Position numbers and translations under genes: made by a program. Of a DNA stretch of 47,725 nt, positions 37,648 to 45,389 are shown one piece after another (the first letter of the stretch is position 1; the number at the start of each line of letters is the position of its first letter). The notes beneath the pieces are model-generated. The model worked only from the letters and a program-made list of their open reading frames with translations, ran no database searches and was not told where the DNA came from. Source of the stretch: a virus (lineage: Duplodnaviria > Caudoviricetes); IMG/VR virus record IMGVR_UViG_3300005613_000108, positions 1 through 47,725 of that record; one strand, 5' to 3'.

Positions 37648-38552
37648 AACCCAAACTCCTGAAACGCATTAGTGAAGCGGGCAACAGCCTTGCCAAAATA
37701 GAATATGGTTTGCCCGTTTGTTGGCGAACTCCATTTGCCGGCCGCGTTGTAGAATGATACGCGCCCCTGGTGAAAACACAGCACGCTCGCCGTGTTTGCT
37801 GCGCGGTGCCACCACTTCGTGTCCGTGTTATCGTTTACCAGCAGCACAGCTTGGGCGACATCGCCTGTTTGGTATTCGTCGCATAACTTGAAACAGAATT
37901 GCTCTACGAGCGGCATCTTGTAGGGCGGGTTAAGAAACACATTCCCGGCCCACGCCTGCGCCAGCCCATCGTCTTGCGCGGTGTAGTACGTTGCGGACCG
38001 TACTGTCTTTTGGGCAACCTCTGACGTTGCCGGGTCCAGGTCGATGGTCGTCATTGCCTTCCGTGCGGCCTCTATGTACTTCTCTGGCGTGTACCATTCG
38101 ATAACATTGTTGCCGTGCTTGGTGCAAATCGCCCCATCGCTCCCGCAATACCGTATGAAGTCGGTTTGCGTCGGCACGTCGTCGCTGGCTTCGTAATACT
38201 CGTCGAGGCGGTCTGAGTTGGCTGCCAGCTTGCGGTACGCGGAAAGGGCCGGCTTGGAAAATGGTAAACCAGCGTTACCATTTTTCTTTCCGCGTCCTTT
38301 TTCCTTTGGCGGTTTCGCCGGTGCCAACTCCCCCAGCTTCGCCTTTATCTTCAGCACCCCCAGGGCAATCGGCCGCTCTACCTCAATTCCGGCCTTCAGC
38401 CGCTCGGCGTAGTGCTGCATTGTCGCGGCCTTGTCCAGCAAGTCCTTTGCCCTAGCTACGGTGCCAATTTCTGCGAGTAGCTGCTCTACCCGTCCAGGAA
38501 AGGCTAGACACTGGGAGATAAACGACTTTGGAACCAACTCTCTTTTGCTCAC
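37632..38552 (-). CDS. phage DNA N6-adenine methyltransferase (phage Dam family) with N-terminal extension
   Basis: EWYTP, IDLDPA, DDGLAQAW, VFLNPPY, TDTKWW, GRVSF; GTG start in a GTGA overlap. Confidence 0.9.
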   Translation of the reverse strand: MSKRELVPKSFISQCLAFPGRVEQLLAEIGTVARAKDLLDKAATMQHYAERLKAGIEVERPIALGVLKIKAKLGELAPAKPPKEKGRGKKNGNAGLPFSKPALSAYRKLAANSDRLDEYYEASDDVPTQTDFIRYCGSDGAICTKHGNNVIEWYTPEKYIEAARKAMTTIDLDPATSEVAQKTVRSATYYTAQDDGLAQAWAGNVFLNPPYKMPLVEQFCFKLCDEYQTGDVAQAVLLVNDNTDTKWWHRAANTASVLCFHQGRVSFYNAAGKWSSPTNGQTIFYFGKAVARFTNAFQEFGLCLRT

Positions 38553-39286
38553 GTCCACAGCCTCGCTAGCTTGAGCAACTTTTTGCACAACGTAACCGCC
38601 TCATCGTGCTCCGTTCTCGCCCACATGAGTTGCAAGTCGTCAAACGCCCGTATGAGAGCCTCAGCAGTCTTGATTGTCTTCTGCCGCTGGGTCTTGAGCC
38701 GATCCTCGTCAACGTCCCCGGCGGGCTCACCGTGCGGATGGTGGCACTTGGCGCACGACACCCCCTCTTCGTCCTCGTCCCACTTGGTTCCGGCGCAGTT
38801 CGGGCACTTGCCATAGTCCACCGGCTTGTCCTTGCCCTTCCTCGGCGGCTCGGTGGTTGGCTCCTGGGGCTCCCTGCCGTCCGATTCCGTTCGGCCATCC
38901 TCTCCGTCGTCGGGTTCCGTTGGTGGGGGTGTTCGCTTGGCGGGCGGGCTGGGGTTGGCTGGCGCCCGAGCGGCTTTTGCGGCCCCGTCCAGGCTGCCCT
39001 CCAACATCAAAACGGCGGACGCCTGCCGTTTTGGGAGTGCCCCCACGTCGCGTGCAAACTGCATGTAAAACCTTGCGGTTCTTGCGCTTCCGTCGAACAG
39101 CCTGTTGCACTCATCCTCCCATCTTCCGTGGGGTATAGTCTTCTTTGCGGCCAGCAGTTCCCTGCCCGTTTCGAGGGCGTGCTGTGACGCTTGCTTAAGA
39201 TGCTCACCAACATAGCCGTGAAGGATATTGGCCTTGCGGAAATGCTCGTGGACTTCGACCGGTAGGTTGGGCTTATTGGGCATCAT
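38549..39286 (-). CDS. DUF3102-like protein with zinc ribbon
   Basis: ALETGRELLAAK...PHGRW......F..S.RTA.FYM; CPNC...CAKC. Confidence 0.7.
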   Translation of the reverse strand: MMPNKPNLPVEVHEHFRKANILHGYVGEHLKQASQHALETGRELLAAKKTIPHGRWEDECNRLFDGSARTARFYMQFARDVGALPKRQASAVLMLEGSLDGAAKAARAPANPSPPAKRTPPPTEPDDGEDGRTESDGREPQEPTTEPPRKGKDKPVDYGKCPNCAGTKWDEDEEGVSCAKCHHPHGEPAGDVDEDRLKTQRQKTIKTAEALIRAFDDLQLMWARTEHDEAVTLCKKLLKLARLWT

Positions 39287-39944
39287 TGCCTCCGTGTTGT
39301 AATTCCAGTTCTTCGACCCACTCTTGTATTTGCCCGCGCAGCGACTCCATGTCATGGGTAGGGAAGTCGGTGCCAATCTCTTCCAGCTTGGCCAGCTTGC
39401 CGCGCAGCCCGGCGAGGTCTTGCTGTTTGTACAAGTTCTCGGCCACTTCCAACGCCAAGGGTGCCCGCTCGGCTGGCGAGACCTTCCACTTGGCCTTGTT
39501 GGTGCATTTGTCACCGGGGGCGAGGCTGGTCTGCTCGGGCGCTGAAACAATTGGCTTGATCGTGACTTCGGCCCGTTTGCCGCGTGCATGAGTAAGCAGC
39601 AAGGTCTTGGGCTTGTCGAGACCCGATAGGTGGCTAATGCGTATGCCGCCGACCTTTACGCCGGCCCACTTCACATCGGGGTCGCAATAGAGCGTCATGC
39701 GTTGCCCGACCCAGCCTTTCGGATCGTCTGAGTACGTTGAGATCAGCACCCGACGCATCGACTTGCACGGCTTATACGGGCGGTGTCCCTCGATGTCGAC
39801 AATGACGGGCTGGTCTTTGTCTCCCCGCCTGACACCCGTAATCGTCACCGTAATGGGGCCGGTAACGAGGTCGTCAGCGTTGAGTTGATCCGACTTCGGT
39901 ACGATGCTCGCACGGACTTCCTCGGGCGTTGGGTGACTACTCAT
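39273..39944 (-). CDS. conserved phage protein, putative ssDNA-binding/annealing partner of YqaJ
   Basis: PKSDQLNADDL, PYKPCKSMRRVL, DP.V.WAG..VGGIRISHLS; coupled to the exonuclease gene. Confidence 0.6.
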   Translation of the reverse strand: MSSHPTPEEVRASIVPKSDQLNADDLVTGPITVTITGVRRGDKDQPVIVDIEGHRPYKPCKSMRRVLISTYSDDPKGWVGQRMTLYCDPDVKWAGVKVGGIRISHLSGLDKPKTLLLTHARGKRAEVTIKPIVSAPEQTSLAPGDKCTNKAKWKVSPAERAPLALEVAENLYKQQDLAGLRGKLAKLEEIGTDFPTHDMESLRGQIQEWVEELELQHGGNDAQ

Positions 39945-40590
39945 CGGCAAACCTCACGTTCGTCTGGGTCGGCGCTATCAGTTCGTGCCGCTGCCTCTGT
40001 ACCCGCGATTCGATCCGCCTGATCTCTTCCAGAAGCAGCAATAGGCATTGAGCCATCTTGGCTTGATACTTTTCGTCCGGCTCGACGCGCAACAGAAACG
40101 GCGTCAACTCGGGATGGAACACGAAGAAGTCGAGCCACGCCCGACCGGAGATCAGTAGCAATGCTTGTATTTGCGGCTTGTATTGCACCGGCACTTCACC
40201 CGCCGCGTGGTAGCTGATAAGCGTTTCGGGGGCCGGGCACTTGACCTCTATCAGCCCATCGTCGCCAACCAGGCCATCGGGCGAGCCACCGTAAGCGTCC
40301 GTCCGGTCTGGCAAGATGAACCCCACGTTTTGAACTGTGCGGCCGGTCTGGAGCGTATAGGCGTGCTTGGCGTTGGGCTCGTTTTCCGTGCCCCATTCCA
40401 TCCAGTACGTCGGCGGTGGCTCGGTGTAGACGCCCAGCCGCTTGGCCACGATTTTGGCGGCATAGGCGGGGGCTTGTGCGGAGTATTCACCCTTGGCTGG
40501 CGTAACGAACTTCCCGAACTCGCTGGCAGTGGGGCGTGCTCGCCAGCGGTCCCACTCTTCGCTTCGCTGTTCGCAGTTGATGATTCTCAT
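39937..40590 (-). CDS. YqaJ / lambda-exonuclease family protein
   Basis: QRSEEW..WR...TASE, MEWG.E.EP.A, GSPDGLV, IEVKCP, Y.PQIQ. Confidence 0.93.
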   Translation of the reverse strand: MRIINCEQRSEEWDRWRARPTASEFGKFVTPAKGEYSAQAPAYAAKIVAKRLGVYTEPPPTYWMEWGTENEPNAKHAYTLQTGRTVQNVGFILPDRTDAYGGSPDGLVGDDGLIEVKCPAPETLISYHAAGEVPVQYKPQIQALLLISGRAWLDFFVFHPELTPFLLRVEPDEKYQAKMAQCLLLLLEEIRRIESRVQRQRHELIAPTQTNVRFADE

Positions 40591-42071
40591 GCGTCGCCTC
40601 CGAGGTAGGCGACATGAAGCGGCCCTTCGGAAACTTGCGCACCGAACAAAAACAGCCCCTTCTCGGCGGCCAGCGCATGCAGGTTTTGCCGGTCGGTCGG
40701 CTGGAGGTCTTGCCAGACCCGTTGCGGGATAGGCAGTAGGCCGGGCGATCCCAGGTGTGGCAGCAGTTCGCGCAGCACCATGTCCACCCGCTCACCGTCG
40801 CTAAGCCCATTTACCCGATCAAAGGCCGTCCGGCCGCGTTTCGGGTGCTGGACGAACAGGCGTGGCGCGCCATCCACCGACCGGATTTCCAGGTGCGTGG
40901 TGTGCAGCGATTGGGCGAGGATGTCGAAGACCTGCGTGGCCCGGTTGTGCGCGTCGGCCGCTTCCTTCGTTGCCAGATCGGCGGCTTCTCGGTGTAGCTT
41001 CGCCTTGGCCTGGTTCTGCTTCGCGTCTCGGATTCGGATACCCCGGTCGTATGCGTCACTGGCGGCCACGACCGCCGCGAAGGCGGATGTGATTTCTTCG
41101 GGGGTCGGGTACGCCACTTCCTGGGAGGCGGTATCCGACAGCGCCGCAACGGTCGCCTCATGCTGTGCCGCGGTGACGAGCCTTGCGTCGGCGAGTTGGG
41201 CGGCATGTTCCGCTGCCGTTAGCGCTTCCTTGGCCTCTGCCAGTTGCACGAGGATCGCTTCGAGCTTTTGGTGCGCCTCTTCGGCCGCATCCGCTGTGTC
41301 CTTGACTGCCTTCTCGGCAGCCTTGACGGTCGGCCCCTCGTATCCGGATCGCGCCCACCCAAGCCGCTCTTTTGCTTGAGCGACCTCCTTTTCCTTCTCC
41401 ATCCCGGCAACGCGGCCATCCACCAGTGTCTTGTGCTTGTCGCGTGCCTCATCGCGAGCCTTTCCCAATGCCTCCAGATCGGACGATTGGCTCATGTCCA
41501 GTCCGTCCGGCACGACTTCCAGCGGTGCGGCGTGACCCACTTCCGCGTCGGCTGTGTTCTGCCGTTCGCGGGCCTGTTTGTCGTATGCCTGTTTCACGCG
41601 AGTTGCCAGCAGCACGGGATCGTCCGTCAAGGCAACCCCGAGCGCGTCAAACTCCGCTTGCCCGCCTGCTAGGTCATAGTAGAGTGTCGGGTCCGCCTTC
41701 GCCCCGGACAACACCGCCAGGGCCTTGATGGCTGTAGCGTCCCGAACTTCCGGCGTCTTGCCGGGCGGGTCAACCAGATCGGTCAGACTGAACTTCTCGG
41801 CGTCGATAACGTCGAGGTCTAGGTCACCCTTGCGGCGTTTCCGGCTGCCGATGGGTGCCAGCACGCCAAGCCCCTCGATCTTCCCCGAGACAGCGCCGTC
41901 GTGTAGCGTAACGTCCACCTTGTGACCGGCCAGCCAGTCCAGGGAAGAAATGACCGTCGTCTTGCCCGTCCCGCGAGCGCCGCGCAATTCGTACGCGCCG
42001 GGGCCGGGGGAGAGGTCAATTGCGAACGTGCCCTCGATTGGGCCGGCGTCAGTTACTTCAATTCGTTCCAT
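40587..42071 (-). CDS. SbcC/Rad50-like coiled-coil ABC-type ATPase
   Basis: Walker A GARGTGKT, long Ala/Glu coiled coil, signature LSDGER. Confidence 0.8.
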   Translation of the reverse strand: MERIEVTDAGPIEGTFAIDLSPGPGAYELRGARGTGKTTVISSLDWLAGHKVDVTLHDGAVSGKIEGLGVLAPIGSRKRRKGDLDLDVIDAEKFSLTDLVDPPGKTPEVRDATAIKALAVLSGAKADPTLYYDLAGGQAEFDALGVALTDDPVLLATRVKQAYDKQARERQNTADAEVGHAAPLEVVPDGLDMSQSSDLEALGKARDEARDKHKTLVDGRVAGMEKEKEVAQAKERLGWARSGYEGPTVKAAEKAVKDTADAAEEAHQKLEAILVQLAEAKEALTAAEHAAQLADARLVTAAQHEATVAALSDTASQEVAYPTPEEITSAFAAVVAASDAYDRGIRIRDAKQNQAKAKLHREAADLATKEAADAHNRATQVFDILAQSLHTTHLEIRSVDGAPRLFVQHPKRGRTAFDRVNGLSDGERVDMVLRELLPHLGSPGLLPIPQRVWQDLQPTDRQNLHALAAEKGLFLFGAQVSEGPLHVAYLGGDA

Positions 42072-42231
42072 GTTCATTCTCCCTTGTTCGTTCGGCCAGC
42101 AGCCGCCGGATCGTGTCGGCCCGGCCGTTGGCTTTAGCACTTGACCGCCGGGCGAACTTGCCGAGGTCTCGGCACCACTGTTCTGTGATTCGGCTGAGCC
42201 AGGTGGCGACTTCGGTGTGCCTAACTGCCAT
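42058..42231 (-). CDS. small hypothetical protein
   Basis: RBS AAGGAGG; tiles with neighbours. Confidence 0.4.
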   Translation of the reverse strand: MAVRHTEVATWLSRITEQWCRDLGKFARRSSAKANGRADTIRRLLAERTRENEHGTN

Positions 42232-42454
42232 CGTCGGCCTCCTTCGCCGCTTCGGCGGCCTGCTGTTTCTCCCACGCACCGAAGCACCACTCGACGAACT
42301 GTCGTCGTGGCACGTCGGGCGGAGCGTCGTTCTCGAATAGTTCGTACTCACGCCGGAAGCGGTCGAGTTCGTCGAATGCCTCTTTCGTGGCGGTCACGAC
42401 GGTGCCGCGCACGCAACAACGCTTCAGGTAGGCGATGATTTCGTCGGGGGTCAT
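42221..42454 (-). CDS. small hypothetical protein
   Basis: ATGA overlap; 77 aa. Confidence 0.5.
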   Translation of the reverse strand: MTPDEIIAYLKRCCVRGTVVTATKEAFDELDRFRREYELFENDAPPDVPRRQFVEWCFGAWEKQQAAEAAKEADDGS

Positions 42455-42717
42455 TCTGGCACCGGGATTAAATGCACTCGATACTTACGGTCGCGGATCG
42501 TCATGCTGCCACCCACGATTGTTCCTAGTGTCTCCGGCTTGGGCTCGGGCTCGGGCTCCAGCACCGGGCGGATGGCGTCGGAAAATTCCTTCCGTGCGCA
42601 AGAACCCCCCTCGGCGAGGCGACGCCGATACTCACCAATACTTGACGTGCCCGACTTGCTCCAGGCTACCGTCGACTTCACCGTGGCTTCCGCCAGTTTC
42701 TGAATCAGGTCGTCCAT
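42451..42717 (-). CDS. small hypothetical protein
   Basis: RBS CAGGAG; PEPEPKPE linker. Confidence 0.55.
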   Translation of the reverse strand: MDDLIQKLAEATVKSTVAWSKSGTSSIGEYRRRLAEGGSCARKEFSDAIRPVLEPEPEPKPETLGTIVGGSMTIRDRKYRVHLIPVPE

Positions 42718-42729
42718 TTTGCTCTCCTG

Positions 42730-42933
42730 TTAGGTTGCAGCCGTGTCGTCGGCCAGCGACTTCACGTCACCGCGCGCCTGCATCCGGCGGTAGGTTTCGT
42801 CGCGATGCACCGGAACATCCCTGGGTGCCTCGATGCCCAGCCGAACCGCGTCGCCGCGAATCTCGCAAACCACAATCTGGATGCCGTGGCCGATGCGGAT
42901 AACCTCTCCGACTTTTCGCTGAAGCACGAGCAT
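42730..42933 (-). CDS. csrA: carbon storage regulator CsrA
   Basis: MLVLQRKVGEVIRIG..I.IVV.EI.GD.VRLGIEAPRDVPVHRDE; RBS GGAGG. Confidence 0.95.
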   Translation of the reverse strand: MLVLQRKVGEVIRIGHGIQIVVCEIRGDAVRLGIEAPRDVPVHRDETYRRMQARGDVKSLADDTAAT

Positions 42934-42970
42934 CTTGGTTTCCTCCGTGAATGGTTTGGTTAGTGGTCAG

Positions 42971-43042
42971 CAGGAGCCCCCGGAATCGAACCGGGCCAAT
43001 CGGTTTTGGAGACCGATTCGCCACCTTGGAACATTGGCCCCT
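42971..43042 (-). tRNA. tRNA-Trp(CCA), non-canonical D arm
   Basis: Acceptor AGGGGCC/GGCTCCT plus G73; anticodon arm (A)TCGGT-CTCCAAA-ACCGA(T); T arm CCCGG-TTCGATT-CCGGG; CCA end not encoded. Confidence 0.8.
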
Positions 43043-43269
43043 GATTGCCGCGCCCCTCGCGTCGTGCGTGGCTCCCTCCAGGGCTGCCGTGCCGGGGGGC
43101 GCGGGTAAAATCTGCCCGTCCGTGGCCGGGCACCTCTCTCGTTATGCGGCTGGGTCGCTCTCGACCGATTCGGCTTCGGACGCCACGGCGAACTTGCTTC
43201 CGGCGGATACGAGTTTGTCCGGTCGCTCCACACCTTCCGTTGCCCAGCCTGTTAGGTATTTCAGTTAAG

Positions 43270-43386
43270 TGGCCCCGGTGGGACTCGAACCCACATGATT
43301 CGCCGAGAGTTGCCCGGCTACAAGGAAATCACTCTTGTATAACCACGGATTGTAGTCCGTGTGCGTTACCGTTCCGCCACAGGGCC
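43270..43386 (-). ncRNA. tRNA-like RNA (117 nt) with abnormal anticodon loop and two-hairpin extra arm
   Basis: Acceptor GGCCCTG/CGGGGCC plus A73; D arm GCG-GAACGGTAA-CGC; CACGGA-CTACAA-TCCGTG; 49-nt variable region; T arm GTGGG-TTCGAGT-CCCAC. Confidence 0.75.
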
Positions 43387-43512
43387 AAAGTGCCCATGCT
43401 TTCCCATCATCGCCATCAAGGGCATTAGTTGCCCGGTTGGCTGTCTTGCCCGCCGTGCTGGTCGCCCGTAACGTGGACCACTCGTCGCCTCCGGCTCCGG
43501 TTCCGCTCGCTG

Positions 43513-43527
43513 GCAAGGGCTGTGCCA
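43513..43527 (-). promoter_or_regulatory. sigma54-type (-24/-12) promoter candidate for the tRNA/early operon
   Basis: Minus strand TGGCAC-AGCCC-TTGC matches the TGGCAC-N5-TTGC consensus; it lies between the integrase terminator and the first tRNA-like gene. Confidence 0.55.
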
Positions 43528-43575
43528 GGTTCTCCAGACTCGTGTAAAATCCACCCCGCCGCGCCCCGCCGAACC

Positions 43576-43620
43576 AAGAAAAGAAGAAGCCCCCGGCGCA
43601 CGCTGGGCGACGCCGGGGGC
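43576..43620 (-). terminator. rho-independent terminator after the integrase gene
   Basis: Perfect 10-bp stem GCCCCCGGCG/CGCCGGGGGC followed by TTCTTCTTTTCTT on the minus strand. Confidence 0.85.
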
Positions 43621-43644
43621 CCGGACCCAAAGCAGCAGACAGAA

Positions 43645-44535
43645 TCACGGACGCGGCAACGCTGCCAGTGCATCTCGGGCCGCGCCTCCGTTCGCCTCGA
43701 CAATGCGCGGGTCCAGGTAGTGCCGGACAGTCAACTCCGGCCGGCAGTGGCCCGCTTTGCGACACGCGAGGTCGATTGATTCGCGGGCCGTGTATGAGAG
43801 CGATGTGCGGCGGAGCTTGTGGAACAAGTCCTTGCGCGTCCGGCTTGCCGACAGCCCGGCTGACTCCACGATCAGCCGGAACTGCCGCCAAAGATGAACC
43901 GTGGTAAACGGCCACGGAAACAACTTCCGCCGGCGCGGACTGTACATCGGCCGCATGGCGTCGACCGTCTGACCGGACAATGGAAGCCACTGTTCCGTGC
44001 GGTCTTTCTGGGTTTCGGCCCGTAGCACAATCCACGCTTCCTCTAAGCTGCAATCCGCCGACTCTACCGCCAGAAGTGCGCTGATCCGGGCCGCCGTATC
44101 GTAGATGGTCAAGACCAACGCTTGCCAGAAAATCGACCGGGGCACGCCATCCAGTGGCGCACCGCCGGCCGATCGGGAAGAAATCAGGATGCGGGATACT
44201 TCCTGTGCTCGCCACGCAACAGGTGCCCTTCTCGGCTCCGGCTGTTTCGGGATGAGCCGCGCCCGAGGCGGTGAGGTCAGCCCATCGTCGGCCGCGGCTC
44301 GCCAGAGCGTGAGTAGTGCGCGCCGTCGGCTGTTCGTTGTCGCCGGGCTGTGCGTCCGGGCGTGCTGCTGAAGCCGCTCGGCAAGATGCCGCTCGGTCAC
44401 TTCGCACACCGGGCAGCGACACAAGGAACACGCTACGGCAAGTTGCTTGGCCGATCCGTCGGCCAGCGGCCGGGTAGGGAGGTAGTACCGCGTGAGGTAC
44501 TCGGCAAATGTGATTGCGGAGCCAACCATGAGCAC
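43645..44535 (-). CDS. int: tyrosine recombinase / integrase
   Basis: YDTAARISALL (R), QK (K), FHKLRRT (HxLR), AGH...T.RHY (H, Y). Confidence 0.9.
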   Translation of the reverse strand: MLMVGSAITFAEYLTRYYLPTRPLADGSAKQLAVACSLCRCPVCEVTERHLAERLQQHARTHSPATTNSRRRALLTLWRAAADDGLTSPPRARLIPKQPEPRRAPVAWRAQEVSRILISSRSAGGAPLDGVPRSIFWQALVLTIYDTAARISALLAVESADCSLEEAWIVLRAETQKDRTEQWLPLSGQTVDAMRPMYSPRRRKLFPWPFTTVHLWRQFRLIVESAGLSASRTRKDLFHKLRRTSLSYTARESIDLACRKAGHCRPELTVRHYLDPRIVEANGGAARDALAALPRP

Positions 44536-44882
44536 TCCCGCCGCTGGCCCCTACACAGCAACCATAGCCTACAATTGGGCTATGGCCAAATAGCAAGGGG
44601 TTGTATACGTACAGAGAGCGCATCGTGCGGTTGCATCCGTGCCCACAGTGCCGAGCCGTGGCACCGGGACAGCGTTCGGGTCCGGTTGTGCCGGATCGCG
44701 GGGCTGGAGCGGAAAATCGCTGGCTGAGTCTGAGTCGTGGCCCGGCTGTACGGGCGGCCGACGTTAGATTCCGCTTGCGGGGCTCCGTGTTTCCGGTTGC
44801 ACCCGGCCGCGAGAGGCGGCTGAAGGTGCTATACATTTGGTAAACGCTTTTGTCAGGTCACTCGACCCAACCAACACCCGAG

Positions 44883-44910
44883 ATTATACAGATTCGTATA
44901 CGGGAGTCAA
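44883..44910 (-). promoter_or_regulatory. sigma70-type promoter upstream of int, containing palindrome TATAC-N6-GTATA
   Basis: Minus strand TTGACT-N16-TATAAT. Confidence 0.7.
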
Positions 44911-44915
44911 CCCCA

Positions 44916-45170
44916 TCATGCAGATTTTGCGGAAGCGATTGGCGGGGCTGACAATAGCCGGTCGGTTGAAACGTCGAAAGCCTCGGCAATCCGAGCTAGA
45001 ATGCCCGATCCGGGCAACTGGCGGGCATGTAGCACGCGGTTGATGTTTGCGTGTGATTCCATCGCCCGACGGGCTAATTCGGTCTGGGACCAATTACGGT
45101 CGGCCAGCAACCTCGCGACATTGGCCGCGATGTTCGCCCTTGCTTCATCATCAGTGAGCATTGTCTTCAT
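44916..45170 (-). CDS. XRE-family HTH regulator (repressor/Cro-like)
   Basis: NVARLL..RNWSQTELARRA...HANINRVL......P....LARIAEAFDVSTDRLL. Confidence 0.9.
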   Translation of the reverse strand: MKTMLTDDEARANIAANVARLLADRNWSQTELARRAMESHANINRVLHARQLPGSGILARIAEAFDVSTDRLLSAPPIASAKSA

Positions 45171-45189
45171 GCCCCCATTGTACTAAAAT
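45161..45189 (+). promoter_or_regulatory. overlapping opposite-strand promoter candidate reading toward attP and the capsid-like gene
   Basis: TTGTCT-N17-TAAAAT on the plus strand. Confidence 0.45.
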
Positions 45190-45204
45190 GTAAGGCAGCG
45201 TCAA
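45177..45204 (-). promoter_or_regulatory. sigma70-type promoter giving a probably leaderless HTH mRNA
   Basis: TTGACG-N16-TACAAT-GGGGGC-ATG: the ATG sits at the expected +1. Confidence 0.65.
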
Positions 45205-45208
45205 GAGC

Positions 45209-45283
45209 AAGCCAGCGGAGCCGTTACCACGCTGCATAGCAGGCGTCTCGGGCCGTTGCCGGTTTCCGCGACTCCGCTGGCTT
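45209..45283. repeat. 12-bp inverted repeat / stem-loop abutting the att core
   Basis: AAGCCAGCGGAG (45209-45220) and CTCCGCTGGCTT (45272-45283). Confidence 0.8.
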
Positions 45284-45287
45284 TCAG

Positions 45288-45341
45288 TGGCGGGGACAGG
45301 ATTCGAACCTGCGACCTCGAGGTTATGAGCCTCGCGAGCTA
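45288..45341 (-). mobile_element. attP core: 3' part of a tRNA-Met(CAT), initiator-like
   Basis: TAGCTCG-CGAGG-CTCATAA-CCTCG-AGGTC-GCAGG-TTCGAAT-CCTGT-CCCCGCC-A; the 5' acceptor and D-arm half are absent; about 750 bp from int. Confidence 0.85.
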
Positions 45342-45389
45342 GTCACGTCATGGGCAGCAGAAAGCCCCGGACTTTGCAGGAGAAACTTG

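Noticed and set aside
43340-43365. Amber suppressor (CUA) reading of the tRNA-like RNA, implying stop-codon recoding
   Set aside because: CUA is not preceded by U33 or centred in the loop; genes tile cleanly under code 11 and TAG is used as a normal stop (e.g. MCP, YqaJ).
43265-44836. 523-aa minus-strand ORF
   Set aside because: Alternate-frame shadow of the integrase; runs through a terminator and the tRNA-like gene; low-complexity R/A/G/P composition.
45235-45270. P1 C4-like antisense RNA (GCCGGTTTCC motif)
   Set aside because: Only a short superficial match; the remaining C4 stems and target sites were not found.
45288-45341. Functional tRNA-Met gene
   Set aside because: The 5' acceptor strand and first half of the D arm are missing; better explained as the att core.
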